NCBI GenBank assembly: GCA_004297205.1 | Contig: SCUL01000002.1 | Location: forward strand, 462,647 to 526,646 | Length of the DNA stretch: 64,000 bases | Direction of reading: 5' to 3' | Source of the DNA: Patescibacteria group bacterium | GTDB lineage: Bacteria > Patescibacteriota > Patescibacteriia > 2-12-FULL-57-11 | Shown here: piece by piece, positions 8,266-21,573 of the stretch | Layout of the letters: each line of letters begins with the position of its first letter | Numbering within the stretch: the first letter of the stretch is position 1 | Position numbers and translations under genes: made by a program | The notes under the pieces: generated by a model | The model's database searches: none | Seen by the model: only the letters and a program-made list of their open reading frames with translations | Told to the model about the DNA's origin: nothing

Positions 8266-10758
8266 CTAGATGAACGTCACCGTCGCCACACCGTCCTTTT
8301 CTTCCTTGAAGCGCATGAGACGCACGCCCTGCGTGTCGCGGCCGAGTTTGGAGACCGAGCCGAACGGGATGCGCACGACCTGCCCCTTCGAGGAGACGAC
8401 GATCAGGTCGCGCTCGTCCGAAGACGCGGAGACGTAGGCACCGACCGCTTCGCCCGTCTTCGGGCTGATGTGCATGGTCTTGATGCCGGAACCGCCGCGG
8501 CCCTGGAGTTTGTACTCCTTCAGGTTGGTGCGCTTGCCCATGCCGTTCTCGGCGATGACGAAAAGCTCCAGCATGTTCTTTTTGACCATCTCCGGGTCGA
8601 CGATGTCCATGCCGATGACGCGGTCGCCCTTCTTCTTGAGTTTGATGCCGCGCACCCCGGCGGCGGCGCGGCCCATCGGGCGCACGCTCTTTTCCGCGAA
8701 GCGGATGCTCTGGCCCTGGGCGGTCACGAGGATGACGTCGTCCTCGCCGGTCGAGGGGCGCACCCATTCCAGGATGTCCTCGTCCTTGAGTTTGATGGCG
8801 ATCAGCCCGTTCGAGCGCAGGTTCTTGAATTCCTCGATGGCCGTCTTCTTGATGTTGCCGTTCTTGGTGACCATCACCAGGTGCTTCTGCTCGGCGATGT
8901 CCGGCACCGACAGCACGGCGGACACCTTCTCCCCTGCCGCAAGCTGCAGGAAGTTCACGAGCGCCTGGCCCTTGGAGGTGCGCGAGCCCGGCGGCACGTC
9001 ATAGGCCTTGAGTCCGAAGACGCGGCCGCGCGACGTGAAGAACAGCATGTCGGCGTGCGTGTTCGTCGTGAACAGGTGCTCCACCACGTCTTCTTCCTTG
9101 GTGGTCACGCCGATCACGCCCTTGCCGCCGCGGGCCTGGGTCTTGAAGGTGTCCGGCGGCACGCGCTTCACGTAACCGTCGCGGGTGATCATGACGATGG
9201 TCGGCTCGTTCGGGATGATGTCCTCGACCGAGAACTCTTTGACGCCGTGGGCGATGATCTCCGTCTTGCGGTCGTCGCCGTACTTCTCGCGGATCTCGGC
9301 CGTTTCCTGCTTGATGACGGCGCGGATCTTCTTGGCGGAAGCGAGCAGCGCCTCGAGCTCCTTGATGACGGCGAGCTTCTCCTTGAGTTCGGTCTCGACG
9401 CGCAGGCGCTCCAGGTTGGCGAGCGCCGAGAGCTTCATCTCCAAAATGGCCACGGTCTGCGGCTCGGTCAGCTTGAACCGCTTGATGAGGTTCACTTTGG
9501 CCTCGTCCTTGTCGGCCGACTTCTTGATGGTGTCGATGATCTTGTCGATGTGGAGCAGGGCGATCTTCAAGCCCTCGAGGATGTGGGCGCGGTCGCGGGC
9601 GCGGGCCAGCTCGTAGGTGGCGCGGCGGCGGATCACCGTCTCCCGGTGCTTCACGAACTCCTCGAGCATGCTCTTCAGGTTGAGCACGCGCGGCTGCAGC
9701 CCGTCGACGAGCGCCAGCATGTTGACGTGGAAACTCGTCTGCAAATCCGTGGACAAGAACAGCTTGTTGAGCACCTTTTTGGGATAGGCGTCGCGCTTGA
9801 GTTCGATCACGATGCGCACGCCTTCCTTGCTCGATTCGTCGCGCAGGTCCTTGATGCCTTCGATGTTCTTGTCGCGCACCAGATCGGCGATCTTCTCGAT
9901 CAGGGTCGCCTTGTTCACCTGGAACGGCACTTCGGTGATGAAAATCTTGGCCGCACCGTCGTCCTCGACGATTTCCGTCTTGGCGCGCATGACGATCGAG
10001 CCGCGGCCCGTGGCGTAGGCGGCGGCGATGTCCTTGGTGCCGTAGATGATGCCGCCTGTGGGGAAATCCGGCCCCTTCACGATTTTGCAGAGGTCGGAAA
10101 TGGAAGCGTCCGGGTTGTCGAGGAGCAGCATCACGCCGTCGCAGATCTCGCGCAGGTTGTGCGGCGGGATGTTCGTGGCCATGCCGACCGCGATGCCGAC
10201 CGTGCCGTTCAAAAGCAGGCCCGGGAGCTTGGCCGGCAGCACCACCGGCTCCTTGTGCGAGCCGTCGTAGTTGGGGGCGAAGTCGACGGTCTCCTTGTCG
10301 ATGTCGAAGAGCAGCTCCTCGGCCACGCCGGCCAGCTTGGCTTCGGTGTAGCGCATGGCCGCGGCGCCGTCGCCGTCCATGGAGCCGAAGTTTCCCTGGC
10401 CGCGGATGCGCGGGTAGCGCTCGGAAAAGTACTGCGCCATGCGCACCATGGCGTCGTAGACCGACTGGTCGCCATGCGGGTGGTATTTGCCGAGCACTTC
10501 ACCGACCACGGTCGCGGACTTGCGGAACTTGGCGTTGGCGCGCAAACCCATCGTCCACATCGCGTAGAGGATGCGGCGCTGCACGGGCTTCAAACCGTCG
10601 CGGACGTCGGGGAGTGCCCGCTGCACGATCACGCTCATGGCGTAATCGAGGTAGCTCGTCTGCATTTCGTCGACGATGGCGCGGGCTTCGATTTTGCCGA
10701 TGTCGGTGCCTGCGGGCACCACGATCTCCTTGTCTTTCGGGGGCAGCTTCTTGGCCAT
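8266..10758 (-). CDS. gyrA: DNA gyrase subunit A.
   Basis: 830 aa. N-terminus [38 protein letters not shown] plus C-terminal beta-pinwheel repeats. Confidence 0.95.
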   Translation of the reverse strand: MAKKLPPKDKEIVVPAGTDIGKIEARAIVDEMQTSYLDYAMSVIVQRALPDVRDGLKPVQRRILYAMWTMGLRANAKFRKSATVVGEVLGKYHPHGDQSVYDAMVRMAQYFSERYPRIRGQGNFGSMDGDGAAAMRYTEAKLAGVAEELLFDIDKETVDFAPNYDGSHKEPVVLPAKLPGLLLNGTVGIAVGMATNIPPHNLREICDGVMLLLDNPDASISDLCKIVKGPDFPTGGIIYGTKDIAAAYATGRGSIVMRAKTEIVEDDGAAKIFITEVPFQVNKATLIEKIADLVRDKNIEGIKDLRDESSKEGVRIVIELKRDAYPKKVLNKLFLSTDLQTSFHVNMLALVDGLQPRVLNLKSMLEEFVKHRETVIRRRATYELARARDRAHILEGLKIALLHIDKIIDTIKKSADKDEAKVNLIKRFKLTEPQTVAILEMKLSALANLERLRVETELKEKLAVIKELEALLASAKKIRAVIKQETAEIREKYGDDRKTEIIAHGVKEFSVEDIIPNEPTIVMITRDGYVKRVPPDTFKTQARGGKGVIGVTTKEEDVVEHLFTTNTHADMLFFTSRGRVFGLKAYDVPPGSRTSKGQALVNFLQLAAGEKVSAVLSVPDIAEQKHLVMVTKNGNIKKTAIEEFKNLRSNGLIAIKLKDEDILEWVRPSTGEDDVILVTAQGQSIRFAEKSVRPMGRAAAGVRGIKLKKKGDRVIGMDIVDPEMVKKNMLELFVIAENGMGKRTNLKEYKLQGRGGSGIKTMHISPKTGEAVGAYVSASSDERDLIVVSSKGQVVRIPFGSVSKLGRDTQGVRLMRFKEEKDGVATVTFI

Positions 10759-10765
10759 AGCAGGA

Positions 10766-11326
10766 TCAGCGGGGGGTGGAGGTTGCCAAAGTCGTCGTGT
10801 CCACGGCGGTGGAAAGGCGGTCGCGCATGGCGTTCAGCGCCGTGTTCAGCGAGGCCGTCGCGGCGGCGGTCGGCGTCGAGGTGGTGCCGGTGAGCGCGCT
10901 CAGACGCGCCGAGATGTCGCTGAACTGCCGGTCGAACAGGGCGCGGGCCTCGTCGGCCGCGGCATGCGTCTTGTTCGGGTCGCCGCTCGGCACGACGCGC
11001 GACCCCACGGCGAACACCCAGGCGCCGGCCACGAACACGGTCAGCACGATCGATGCGACCACCATGTTGCGCACCCGGCGGAAGTGGGTCTCCGGATCGA
11101 CGTCGTAGCCTTCATGCGTCGGGAGCCCCCCGTACGGATGCGCCGAAAGCTCCGGACGGAAATGCGGATCCTCCTCCGGCACGGCACCGACCGGGCCGGG
11201 CATCTGGTCCTCGAAGCCGAGCGGCTCGCGCTCGTGGCGGGTGCGCTCCTCCCCGGAGACCTGCTCCCCGATGAAGTCGGTCATCTCCCGGTCCGCGGCG
11301 GTTTTTTTGCTGCGGGGCGAGGCCAT
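10766..11326 (-). CDS. Hypothetical single-pass membrane protein.
   Basis: ORF with one TM helix ([20 protein letters not shown]); no recognisable domain. Confidence 0.45.
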   Translation of the reverse strand: MASPRSKKTAADREMTDFIGEQVSGEERTRHEREPLGFEDQMPGPVGAVPEEDPHFRPELSAHPYGGLPTHEGYDVDPETHFRRVRNMVVASIVLTVFVAGAWVFAVGSRVVPSGDPNKTHAAADEARALFDRQFSDISARLSALTGTTSTPTAAATASLNTALNAMRDRLSTAVDTTTLATSTPR

Positions 11327-11327
11327 A

Positions 11328-11990
11328 TCAGCTGCGGGTGAACTGGTAAAACGCCGTGCTGTCCTGCGGCAGGTCTTTGCGGGAAATCTTCAGCTTCTCG
11401 ACTTTCTCGGCCGTGCCACCGACTTCGCGGAAAAATGTGTCCGCGGAGTCGAGTTTCAACTTGATGTCGGCGTCGGCGTAATGCATCGGAATGACCACGC
11501 GCGGCTCCAACCGGTTCACGATCTTCACCGCTTCGTCGGCGCCGATGGTCGATCCCTGGCCGCCGACCGGCACGAGCAGCACGTCGATGTCCTCGAGCCG
11601 ATCCAGCTCCAGGTCCGTGAGCGGATGGCCGATGTCGCCGAGGTGCGCGATCGACAGGTCGCCGATCTCAAAACGGTACAGCGTGTTCGGTCCTTCCTTC
11701 TTGCCCTTCGGCGCGCCGTGGCCGGACGGGATGCCGTAGACGAAGACGTCCTTCACTTCGTACTCCCCCGGACCGCGGATGACGAACGGTTCGCCGCCGA
11801 CCTGTTCGGCCGCGCCGTGCCCCAGATGCTCGTGGGAAAGGGTCACGATCTGCGCCGTCAGGTTGCGCGGCAACTTCACGCCCATCTCCGGAGCGAAGGG
11901 GTCGGTAACGATGGCAACTTCGTCGGTGTCCGTCTTCGCAAGGATGCGGAAGCAGGACAAGCCGTGCCAGGTGAACGTGAGGGTGGCCAT
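11328..11990 (-). CDS. Metallo-beta-lactamase-fold hydrolase.
   Basis: SHEHLGHG metal-binding motif and MBL-like topology. Confidence 0.65.
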   Translation of the reverse strand: MATLTFTWHGLSCFRILAKTDTDEVAIVTDPFAPEMGVKLPRNLTAQIVTLSHEHLGHGAAEQVGGEPFVIRGPGEYEVKDVFVYGIPSGHGAPKGKKEGPNTLYRFEIGDLSIAHLGDIGHPLTDLELDRLEDIDVLLVPVGGQGSTIGADEAVKIVNRLEPRVVIPMHYADADIKLKLDSADTFFREVGGTAEKVEKLKISRKDLPQDSTAFYQFTRS

Positions 11991-12048
11991 ACAAAAAAGG
12001 CTGTCGGAACGCGGGTACTGTATCCCGCGGGGGCGGGAAAATCAACGG

Positions 12049-12735
12049 CTATTCGAAGAGCTCGATCACCCCGCGGTAATACTCGATTTCGCCATCGACG
12101 TCCTCCTTGGAGACGTCATGTTCGACCCCGGACCAGCCCTCCTCGAAGACTTTGACCTTGCCGCGGATTTCCGGTCCCCACTTTTCCGAACGCTCGGCCA
12201 TGGCGGCGAGCGTGGCGATCCGCCGATCAATCTCCGGCTGTTCCTTTTTATATTGCTCGATCAGGGTCATGCAGTCGCCGTTCTTCGATCCCAGGCACAT
12301 CTCCTGAATTTCCTTGGAGACGCGGTCGTGCACGGCGAGTTTCGCTTCCACGATGAGCGCGCGCTCATCCGGCGAAAAGAAAATCTCAAACTCCTGGCCG
12401 CCCTGGCGCACGTCTTCGACGCGGCCGCCCTTGGCCAGGAAGTTCAGGTATTTCTCTTTCAACCCGCGCTTTTCGAGTTCTTCCTGAAGATAGCGATCCT
12501 CATGCACCCGGCCTTCAGCGTCGTGGATGCGGGCGAAGGCTTTGCGGTACGGCCAGATCTCGCGGCCGAAGGTGACGATCATGCGCTCGATTTCCGTGAC
12601 CGGGGTGTGGGGATTCGCGGCCAGCTTCTCGACCTCGGCATGCATGGCGGCGCGGCGCTCCGCGGGAAAAAAGTGCGGCGCCTTGTCCACCGAGTGCTTC
12701 AACAGGTCGAGGGTGTAGGAATAGGGGTGTCGCAT
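12049..12735 (-). CDS. Hypothetical protein.
   Basis: 228-aa ORF with good coding composition; no domain recognised. Confidence 0.5.
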   Translation of the reverse strand: MRHPYSYTLDLLKHSVDKAPHFFPAERRAAMHAEVEKLAANPHTPVTEIERMIVTFGREIWPYRKAFARIHDAEGRVHEDRYLQEELEKRGLKEKYLNFLAKGGRVEDVRQGGQEFEIFFSPDERALIVEAKLAVHDRVSKEIQEMCLGSKNGDCMTLIEQYKKEQPEIDRRIATLAAMAERSEKWGPEIRGKVKVFEEGWSGVEHDVSKEDVDGEIEYYRGVIELFE

Positions 12736-12738
12736 AGC

Positions 12739-13332
12739 TCAATCTTCGCCGAACGGGTCGATGGCTTCTGGTCCTTCTTCTTTGGACGGTGCCGATGAGC
12801 CGCCGCCCCGCTCAGCGGGGCTACCGCGCTCGATGCGGTCGGCGCCCGAGAACGAGCCGAGCGCGCCGGAGCCGGAACGCGAGGCGTCCTGCGCCGCCTT
12901 GCCGATGGCGCCGCCGCCGACGGCGGGCGCCTGCGCGCGGGAGGCGGACGGTTTGGGCGCGCCCGGAGCGCCGGGTTTCTTGGCCAGCGCGGCGGTGATC
13001 TCCGCTTTCTTCTTTGCTTCCTCGTCCATGCGCTGCCGCATGGCGACCATCTTCCCCGCCTTGACCACCGCCGCCGACGGGCCGGTCGGCGCGTCGGCCT
13101 TCTTGAACTGCGTCTCGAACTGCCCGGCCGTGAGGTGGGTGGCTCCGGGCTTCAGGAGGCCTTTCTCCTTGAGCTTCATCATGACCTTCTTGGCCTCATA
13201 CCCTTTGAGGCTGGCACTGTGCGCCGGATTCACCCCGACCTCCTTCATGATCGACACCACCTTGCTTTGAAGATTGGAGCGCAGGTTCTGTTTGACGACC
13301 TTGGTGAGCGCCTGCCGAGAGATGTTCGCCAT
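12739..13332 (-). CDS. Hypothetical protein with a disordered Ala/Gly/Pro-rich C-terminus.
   Basis: 197-aa ORF. Contains a copy of the CCCCGCTCAGCGGGG palindrome within the coding region (~12803). Confidence 0.45.
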   Translation of the reverse strand: MANISRQALTKVVKQNLRSNLQSKVVSIMKEVGVNPAHSASLKGYEAKKVMMKLKEKGLLKPGATHLTAGQFETQFKKADAPTGPSAAVVKAGKMVAMRQRMDEEAKKKAEITAALAKKPGAPGAPKPSASRAQAPAVGGGAIGKAAQDASRSGSGALGSFSGADRIERGSPAERGGGSSAPSKEEGPEAIDPFGED

Positions 13333-13377
13333 ACGTACCTATTATATACGTCTTCCTGCGCCGCCACACCCCTCCTC

Positions 13378-13406
13378 TTGCCAATTCCCCCGGAAAGGTC
13401 TACGCT
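13378..13406 (+). promoter_or_regulatory. Putative sigma70 promoter upstream of rpsA.
   Basis: TTGCCA-17nt-TACGCT in the divergent intergenic region. Confidence 0.35.
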
Positions 13407-13473
13407 CCCGCCACATTCATCCATCCCCGGCACGGCCGGGACCCCGCCACGGCGGGGGTAATCGACGGTTTCC

Positions 13474-14643
13474 ATGCAAGACATCACCAAACAGAAGGAC
13501 GTGACCTCCGAATTCGAACGGCTGCTCGAGTCGTCCGGCATGCTCGCCATCCCCAAGGTCGGCGACGTGATCAAGGGCGCGGTCATCTCCTTTGCCAAGA
13601 ACGAAGTGCGCATCGACATTCCCGGCTTCAAGACCGGCGTGGTGCGCGGCCGCGAAATCTTTTCCGAATCCGCGGAAGTCGCCGGCATCAAGCCGGGCGA
13701 CGACGTCGAGGCCACGGTCGTGGCGCTCGAGAATGAAAACGGCGACGTCGAGCTCTCCTTCCGCTCGGCCGGACACCGCAAGGCCTGGGACGCCATCGCC
13801 GGCGCGCAGACCGCGGGCACGCCGCTTGAAGTGACCATCGTCGAAGCCAACAAGGGCGGCCTTATGGTCCGGGTCAACCACATGCTCGGCTTCCTGCCGG
13901 TCTCCCAGCTCGCGCCGGAGCACTATCCGCGCGTGGCGGGCGGCGACAAGTCCAAGATCCTCGAGAAGCTCAAGTCGTTCGTCGGCCAGAGCCTCAAGGT
14001 GAAGGTGCTGGACGCGAACGAAGGTGCCGAGAAGCTGATCGTCTCGGAGAAGGCCGTCTGGGAAGACGAACAGGCCGCGGTCATCGCCAAGTACAAGATC
14101 GGCGACACCGTGGAGGGCGCGGTCACCGCGCTGACCGACTTCGGCGCGTTCGTGAAATTCGACGCGCTCGAGGGCCTGGTCCACATCTCGGAAATCGCCT
14201 GGCAGCGCATCGACCATCCGCGCGACGTGCTCACGGTCGGCCAAGAAGTGAAGTGCCAGGTGATCGGCATCCAGGGTTCCAAGATCTTCCTCTCCATGAA
14301 GAAGCTCATCGAAGACCCCTGGAAGAACGTGGGCGACAAGTACCACATCGGCCAAATCGTCCGCGGCAAGATCATCAAGGCCAACCCGTTCGGCTTCTTC
14401 GTGGAGCTCGACCCCGACATCCATGGTCTGGCGCACGTGAGCGAGCTCTCGCACACGCCGATCAAGGATCCGACCGACGTGGCCAAGGTCGGCGAGGACA
14501 AGACCTTCAAGATCGTGTCCATCGAACCGGACAGCCACCGGCTCGGCCTCTCGCTGAAGGCGCTCGAAGAAGCGCCGAAGGCCGAAGAGAAGAAAGAGGA
14601 AGACAAAAAGGAAGAAAAACCCGCCGAAGAAAAAACGGCCTAA
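13474..14643 (+). CDS. rpsA: 30S ribosomal protein S1 (short form with four S1 domains).
   Basis: Four S1 repeats ([10 protein letters not shown]..., [10 protein letters not shown]..., [10 protein letters not shown]..., GQIVRGKII...), acidic/Lys-rich tail. Confidence 0.85.
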   Translation: MQDITKQKDVTSEFERLLESSGMLAIPKVGDVIKGAVISFAKNEVRIDIPGFKTGVVRGREIFSESAEVAGIKPGDDVEATVVALENENGDVELSFRSAGHRKAWDAIAGAQTAGTPLEVTIVEANKGGLMVRVNHMLGFLPVSQLAPEHYPRVAGGDKSKILEKLKSFVGQSLKVKVLDANEGAEKLIVSEKAVWEDEQAAVIAKYKIGDTVEGAVTALTDFGAFVKFDALEGLVHISEIAWQRIDHPRDVLTVGQEVKCQVIGIQGSKIFLSMKKLIEDPWKNVGDKYHIGQIVRGKIIKANPFGFFVELDPDIHGLAHVSELSHTPIKDPTDVAKVGEDKTFKIVSIEPDSHRLGLSLKALEEAPKAEEKKEEDKKEEKPAEEKTA

Positions 14644-14735
14644 CCGGCCGGCACGAAGGCGGTCCCTCCGGACCGCCTTTTGCGTTGCTGATTGCCAGAG
14701 GACCCCGAGACCGCCTATACTTTGAGTCGTACGCT

Positions 14736-16664
<1,929 letters not shown>

Positions 16665-16679
16665 CCACCTGGAGGAGGT

Positions 16680-17690
16680 ATGCGCACCAACGATCAAGCG
16701 GTTTATCGGCACGTGGTCACCGACGCCTGGAAACTTGCCTGGCGGCGGCGGTCCCTCTGGCCGTTCGGTTTTTTCGCGGCGCTGGTCACGACCGGCGGCA
16801 TCGTCGACGTGCTGATGCGGGGCTCGGGCAGCGTCTTTGACGCCGAGATCGCCCGGCTCTCCAACAACGCCGTCCCTTCGGTCGGGCAGCTCCTGCGCAT
16901 CGTCGGCCCGTCGAGCGCGGCCGTGCCTCCGGCGTGGCTGATCCTCGCCGCGGCGGTCGGCTTTATCATGGTGGCGGCGCTGCTCTGGGTCGCGCTCGTC
17001 TCCCAGGGCGCGCTCATCGCCGGCATCACCGCCGCCGACAAGCGCGCCAACCCGAAGGCCGTGCTCGGCCGCGGCATCGCCGTGTTCTGGCCGCTGTTCG
17101 GCATCGCGCTCCTCGACCGGCTCGTGATCGGCGCCGTGACCTTTGCGGCGGCCGTCCCCTTCGGGGCGGCGCTTGCCGGCGGCAACCCGGGCACGGTGCT
17201 GCTCTACGTCGTCACCTACGTGGCCTTCATCCTGGTCTCGACGGCCGCCTCCATCATCGCGCTCTACGCCGCGGTCGACGTGACCGCCTCCGGCTCGTCG
17301 CTCCCGAACGCCGTGAAGCACGCGGTGACGACCTTCTCCAAGCATTGGATCGTTTCCTACGAAGCGGCGCTCGTGGTCTTCGGCATCGACGTCCTGGTGG
17401 GCCTCGCGCTCCTCATGGGCTTCGTGATCCTGCTGGTGCCGACCACGCTCTTCCTCCTCATGATGCAGGTCATCGGCACGGTCGCCGGCTCCTGGCTGTT
17501 CCTGACGCTCTTCGGCGCGCTGCTCGTGGCCTGGGTCGTGGCGCTCGCCTCGCTCGCCACCACGCTGCGCTACAGCATCTGGACGCTGCTCTACGAACGG
17601 TTGCAGGGCCAGTCCGTTTCCGCCAAGATTGTCCGCGTGCTGCGCGCCATTCCCGACGTCTTCCGCGAAGCCGCCAAGCACCGCGCCTGA
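16680..17690 (+). CDS. Polytopic integral membrane protein, hypothetical.
   Basis: Strong SD GGAGGAGG before ATG 16680; multiple hydrophobic helices. Confidence 0.6.
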   Translation: MRTNDQAVYRHVVTDAWKLAWRRRSLWPFGFFAALVTTGGIVDVLMRGSGSVFDAEIARLSNNAVPSVGQLLRIVGPSSAAVPPAWLILAAAVGFIMVAALLWVALVSQGALIAGITAADKRANPKAVLGRGIAVFWPLFGIALLDRLVIGAVTFAAAVPFGAALAGGNPGTVLLYVVTYVAFILVSTAASIIALYAAVDVTASGSSLPNAVKHAVTTFSKHWIVSYEAALVVFGIDVLVGLALLMGFVILLVPTTLFLLMMQVIGTVAGSWLFLTLFGALLVAWVVALASLATTLRYSIWTLLYERLQGQSVSAKIVRVLRAIPDVFREAAKHRA

Positions 17691-17711
17691 CCCGTCCCTG
17701 ACCCCGCCCTC

Positions 17712-19400
17712 ATGGCCGATGAGAAACTCCCCTCCCTGTCCGCGCCCTCCGGAGCCGAAAAGCTGACGGAGAAGATGCGCGAGATCGAACTCAAGGCCAA
17801 GGAGCGCGAAGTCGAACAGCAGGCCGCGGTCGGCGGATTCCCGTACATCAACCTGGTCGGCTTCCCCATCAGCCCGGAAGCCATCATCCTGATTCCCAAA
17901 CCGCAGGCGCTCGAGCTCAAAGTCCTGTGCTTCCTGTCCGCGGGAGAGGAAGTGCGCATCGCCGCGGTCAACCCGGGACTGCCGGCCATCCAGGAAGTGC
18001 TCTACCAGGTGGAAGAACGCACCGGCGCCAAAGGCGCGATCTACGTCATCTCCGAACACAGCTTTGAAACGGCGGCGAAGCTCTACGACGCTCTGCCGAC
18101 GATCCGCAAAATCACCAAGGGCGTGGCCATCTCCGAAGAGGAACTCAAGAAACACGAAGGCATCACCGACTTCACGGCGCTCGAGGGCGAGCTCAAGAAG
18201 GTCAATGTCACGGACATCGTGACGATCCTCGTGGCCACGGCCTTGAACGCCAACGCCTCCGACATCCACGTCGAAGCCGAGGAAAAGGCCATCGTCGTGC
18301 GTTACCGCCTCGACGGCATCCTGCACGAAGTGGCCAAGCTCCCGGCCGAGCTGTGGGCCAAAGTCGTCAGCCGCATCAAGCTGCTCTCGGGCCTCAAGAT
18401 CAACGTCACCGACCGCCCGCAGGACGGCCGCTTCACCATCCTGCTCACGAACGACAAGATCGACGTCCGCGTCTCCATGCTCCCCACGACCTGGGGCGAG
18501 TCGGTCGTCATGCGCATCCTGCGCGCCTCCGGTGCCGGCAAGACCGCCGATTTCAACAACCTCGGCATCCGCGGCCGCGCTTTCACCGAGCTCGCCAAGC
18601 AGATCGAACGGCCGAACGGCATGATCATCACCACCGGTCCGACCGGCTCCGGTAAAACGACGACGTTGTACTCGATCCTGAAAAAGCTCAACTCGCCGGA
18701 GATGAAGATCATCACGCTCGAAGATCCGGTCGAATACAAACTCGAGGGCATCAACCAGTCGCAGATCGACCACGCCAAGGACTACACCTTCGCCAAGGGC
18801 CTGCGCTCCATCCTCCGTCAGGACCCGGACGTCGTCATGGTCGGTGAAATCCGCGACCTGGAGACGGCCGAGATCGCCATCCAGGCGGCACTGACCGGCC
18901 ACCTCGTCATTTCCACCATCCACACCAACTCCGCGGCCGGCGCCATTCCTCGCTTCCTCTCGATGGGCGTGAAGGGCTTCCTGCTTGCGCCGGCTTTGAA
19001 CGCCGTCATCGGCCAGCGGCTGGTCCGCCGCATCTGTCCGGACTGCATCGTCGAAGACAAGCTCAGTTCCGAATTGCTGGCGCGCGCCAAAAAGGTGCTC
19101 GGCGACATTCCTGCGTCGTCGGGCGAAAAGCCGGACCTCTCCAAGGTGAAATTCTACAAAGGCGGCGGCTGCAAGGCCTGCATGGGCCTCGGCTTCAAGG
19201 GACGCATCGGCATCTACGAAATCATGATCATGGACAAGGACATCGAGCAGATCATCCTGTCCGGAGAAGTTTCCGAATACAAGATGCTCGAGGTTGCCGT
19301 GTCCAAAGGCATGGTCACGATGGCCCAGGACGGACTTTTGAAAGCGCTCGACAAGCTGACCTCGGTCGAAGAAGTGTTCCGCACCGCAAGCGAAGACTAG
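17712..19400 (+). CDS. pilB: Type IV pilus assembly ATPase PilB/GspE.
   Basis: GspII_E N-domain, Walker A TGPTGSGKTTT, tetracysteine CPDC...CKAC. Confidence 0.9.
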   Translation: MADEKLPSLSAPSGAEKLTEKMREIELKAKEREVEQQAAVGGFPYINLVGFPISPEAIILIPKPQALELKVLCFLSAGEEVRIAAVNPGLPAIQEVLYQVEERTGAKGAIYVISEHSFETAAKLYDALPTIRKITKGVAISEEELKKHEGITDFTALEGELKKVNVTDIVTILVATALNANASDIHVEAEEKAIVVRYRLDGILHEVAKLPAELWAKVVSRIKLLSGLKINVTDRPQDGRFTILLTNDKIDVRVSMLPTTWGESVVMRILRASGAGKTADFNNLGIRGRAFTELAKQIERPNGMIITTGPTGSGKTTTLYSILKKLNSPEMKIITLEDPVEYKLEGINQSQIDHAKDYTFAKGLRSILRQDPDVVMVGEIRDLETAEIAIQAALTGHLVISTIHTNSAAGAIPRFLSMGVKGFLLAPALNAVIGQRLVRRICPDCIVEDKLSSELLARAKKVLGDIPASSGEKPDLSKVKFYKGGGCKACMGLGFKGRIGIYEIMIMDKDIEQIILSGEVSEYKMLEVAVSKGMVTMAQDGLLKALDKLTSVEEVFRTASED

Positions 19401-19411
19401 GCGGAAACGAA

Positions 19412-19436
19412 ACGCCCCCGCCCAGCGGGGGCGTTT
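19412..19436. terminator. Bidirectional terminator between pilB and tsaE.
   Basis: aacgcccccgc-ccag-cgggggcgtt followed by a TTT run. Confidence 0.55.
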
Positions 19437-19855
19437 TACGTTGCGGTAACCGTTCGCTTCTTCCCCGTGTGATTGAAGACGAGGCGACGCGTTCCCTTCG
19501 GTAATACGCGGGTTACTTTGTCAGCCCACTCGATGGCCACGACCATGTTTTCTTTGCCGAGGTAGTCGGCGACGCCCAACCCCGTGAACTCCGCGTCGGA
19601 CTTCAGACGATAGGCGTCGAAATGCACCAGCTGGTGGATGCGCGGATGCGGTGCGGCATGCACGTGCATCAGCGTGAAGGTCGGACTCGTGATTTTTTCG
19701 GCGACGCCCAAATGTTTGGCGAGCCGCTGCACGAAGGCGGTCTTCCCTGCGCCGAGCGGTCCTTCGAGCGCCAGCACTTCGCCGCCGCGCAATTCCCCTG
19801 CCATACGCTTGGCAAAGACATCGAGTTTGGCGAGTGTGGAAATATCCTGCGTCAT
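19436..19855 (-). CDS. tsaE: tRNA t6A biosynthesis ATPase TsaE.
   Basis: GPLGAGKTAFVQ P-loop; YjeE-family size. Confidence 0.8.
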   Translation of the reverse strand: MTQDISTLAKLDVFAKRMAGELRGGEVLALEGPLGAGKTAFVQRLAKHLGVAEKITSPTFTLMHVHAAPHPRIHQLVHFDAYRLKSDAEFTGLGVADYLGKENMVVAIEWADKVTRVLPKGTRRLVFNHTGKKRTVTAT

Positions 19856-19856
19856 A

Positions 19857-20864
19857 CTAGCGTCCCAACTCCCAGCCCGCGTCCGGCGCGAGCATCAGCG
19901 GATCCGATCGGCGTTTCCCCTGGAGCGCGAAATATCCAGCCGCGACGATCATCGCGGCGTTGTCCGACGTCCACGCCAGATCCGGTTCGACGTAGCGGAC
20001 TTTGGGCAGCTCCTTCTTGATCGCGGCCGCGAGCAACGTGCGCAGGCGGCGATTGGCTGCGACGCCGCCGCCCAAGAGCGCCGTCTTGGCGCGCGCCTTT
20101 TTTGCCGCCGCGATAGTTTTTGTCACCAGCACTTCGCAGACCGCTTCCTCAAACGAAGCGCAAACATCGGCGGGCTTCGGCTTCTTCCCTTTGGCCTCGA
20201 TGACGCTTCGCACCGCAGTCTTCAGACCAGAGAAACTGAAATCGAAGTCGCCGGAGGCGATCATCGGCCGCGGCAGCTTCACGGCGCGCGGGTTCCCCTT
20301 CTGCGCGAGCTTCGAGACCGCCGGACCGCCCGGATAGTCGAGCCCGAGCAGCTGCGCGGTTTTGTCGAAGGCCTCGCCCGCAGCGTCGTCGCGCGTCGCG
20401 CCCATCAATTCGTACTGACCAAGCTTTTTGATGCGCAGCAATTCCGTGTGTCCGCCGGAAACGATCAGCGCCACGGCAGGAAAGGCAACGCGCGGGTTCG
20501 TGAGCCAGTTGGAGGCGATGTGCCCCTCGATGTGGTTCACGCCCACGAGCGGTTTCTTCCAGAGCCAGGCGAGCGTGCGTCCCACATCAACCCCGACGCG
20601 TAGCGACGTGATGAGTCCGGGCCCGGCCGTGACGGCGATGGCGTCCACGTTCGGTCGCTTGGGATTCACCATCTTGGCGAGCACCGGAAAGATTGTTTCG
20701 GCATGTTCGCGCGCCGCGACTTCCGGCACCACGCCGCCATACTTCTTATGAATCAGCACCTGGGATGCGGTCAGCATCTTCTCCACCACAAACCGTCCCC
20801 GCTCGACGCGCACAAGCGCCAGGGATGTTTCATCGCAGGACGTTTCGATGCCGAGGATGCGCAT
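19857..20864 (-). CDS. tsaD: tRNA N6-adenosine threonylcarbamoyltransferase TsaD.
   Basis: MRILGIETSCDETS N-terminus; Kae1/TsaD family. ATG at 20864 is preferred over the TTG at 20885 shown in the track. Confidence 0.9.
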   Translation of the reverse strand: MRILGIETSCDETSLALVRVERGRFVVEKMLTASQVLIHKKYGGVVPEVAAREHAETIFPVLAKMVNPKRPNVDAIAVTAGPGLITSLRVGVDVGRTLAWLWKKPLVGVNHIEGHIASNWLTNPRVAFPAVALIVSGGHTELLRIKKLGQYELMGATRDDAAGEAFDKTAQLLGLDYPGGPAVSKLAQKGNPRAVKLPRPMIASGDFDFSFSGLKTAVRSVIEAKGKKPKPADVCASFEEAVCEVLVTKTIAAAKKARAKTALLGGGVAANRRLRTLLAAAIKKELPKVRYVEPDLAWTSDNAAMIVAAGYFALQGKRRSDPLMLAPDAGWELGR

Positions 20865-20881
20865 GATCAAACAATGGAGAG

Positions 20882-21568
20882 TCAACCGCGAAAGATGTAT
20901 CTGGATGAACGATACATCATGCGATGGACAATAAATGTTGTGACAACTGTGAAAGCAAAGAACCAGGCGAGGTTAACCAAGAATGCGCGTGCGGTAAAGA
21001 GTTGAAGCGCGGATAACGCCATCTGCTGCGGACGGAGGAGCGCGTCCCAGACATTCAATCGCGTATAGAGTCCGAAGACGCTTGCGAAGGAAGCGAGCAG
21101 ACACATCGACACCATGAACAGGCGTTTTTTGCCCGAGTCACGAAATCGCGCGGTCGCGACCTGCGCAAGCGAAAAGACGTAGCTCAAAAAACCGGTGAGC
21201 GCGTACAGAAATACGGGGTAGAGCGTCCACAGGCGGTCAACACAAACACCCGTATACGTTTCTCCGGATGGAAGCCGACAGAGTTCGGCGACATGGCGAA
21301 TCTCCGTGACGGAATAAAGCGTATATGGAAGAAACGTCAACCATAAAAGCCACGCGAATGCGCTTTTCAAACCGGAAGCGGAGCCCCGGGCGATGGACCA
21401 TCCCGAAAACAACGGGACTCCGAGCAGCACGAGCCGCAATACGGAGAGCACGGGCACGCCGAACGGCCGAAGATTAGGATAGAGGTTCCAGTCATGCAGC
21501 AAAAAAACCGCAGTCACCATGCAGACCCCGATCGCGAATGCCGCTCGATGTGTAAAGGGTGTCTTCAT
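20882..21568 (-). CDS. Polytopic membrane protein, hypothetical (DUF1361-like); lower GC (~55%).
   Basis: 228-aa ORF with about six hydrophobic helices; GC drops relative to flanks. Confidence 0.55.
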   Translation of the reverse strand: MKTPFTHRAAFAIGVCMVTAVFLLHDWNLYPNLRPFGVPVLSVLRLVLLGVPLFSGWSIARGSASGLKSAFAWLLWLTFLPYTLYSVTEIRHVAELCRLPSGETYTGVCVDRLWTLYPVFLYALTGFLSYVFSLAQVATARFRDSGKKRLFMVSMCLLASFASVFGLYTRLNVWDALLRPQQMALSALQLFTARAFLVNLAWFFAFTVVTTFIVHRMMYRSSRYIFRG

Positions 21569-21573
21569 GACAT

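Noticed and set aside
14253-14735. Upstream extension of ftsH.
   Set aside because: It overlaps the 3' end of rpsA, and the FtsH N-terminal TM begins at ATG 14736.
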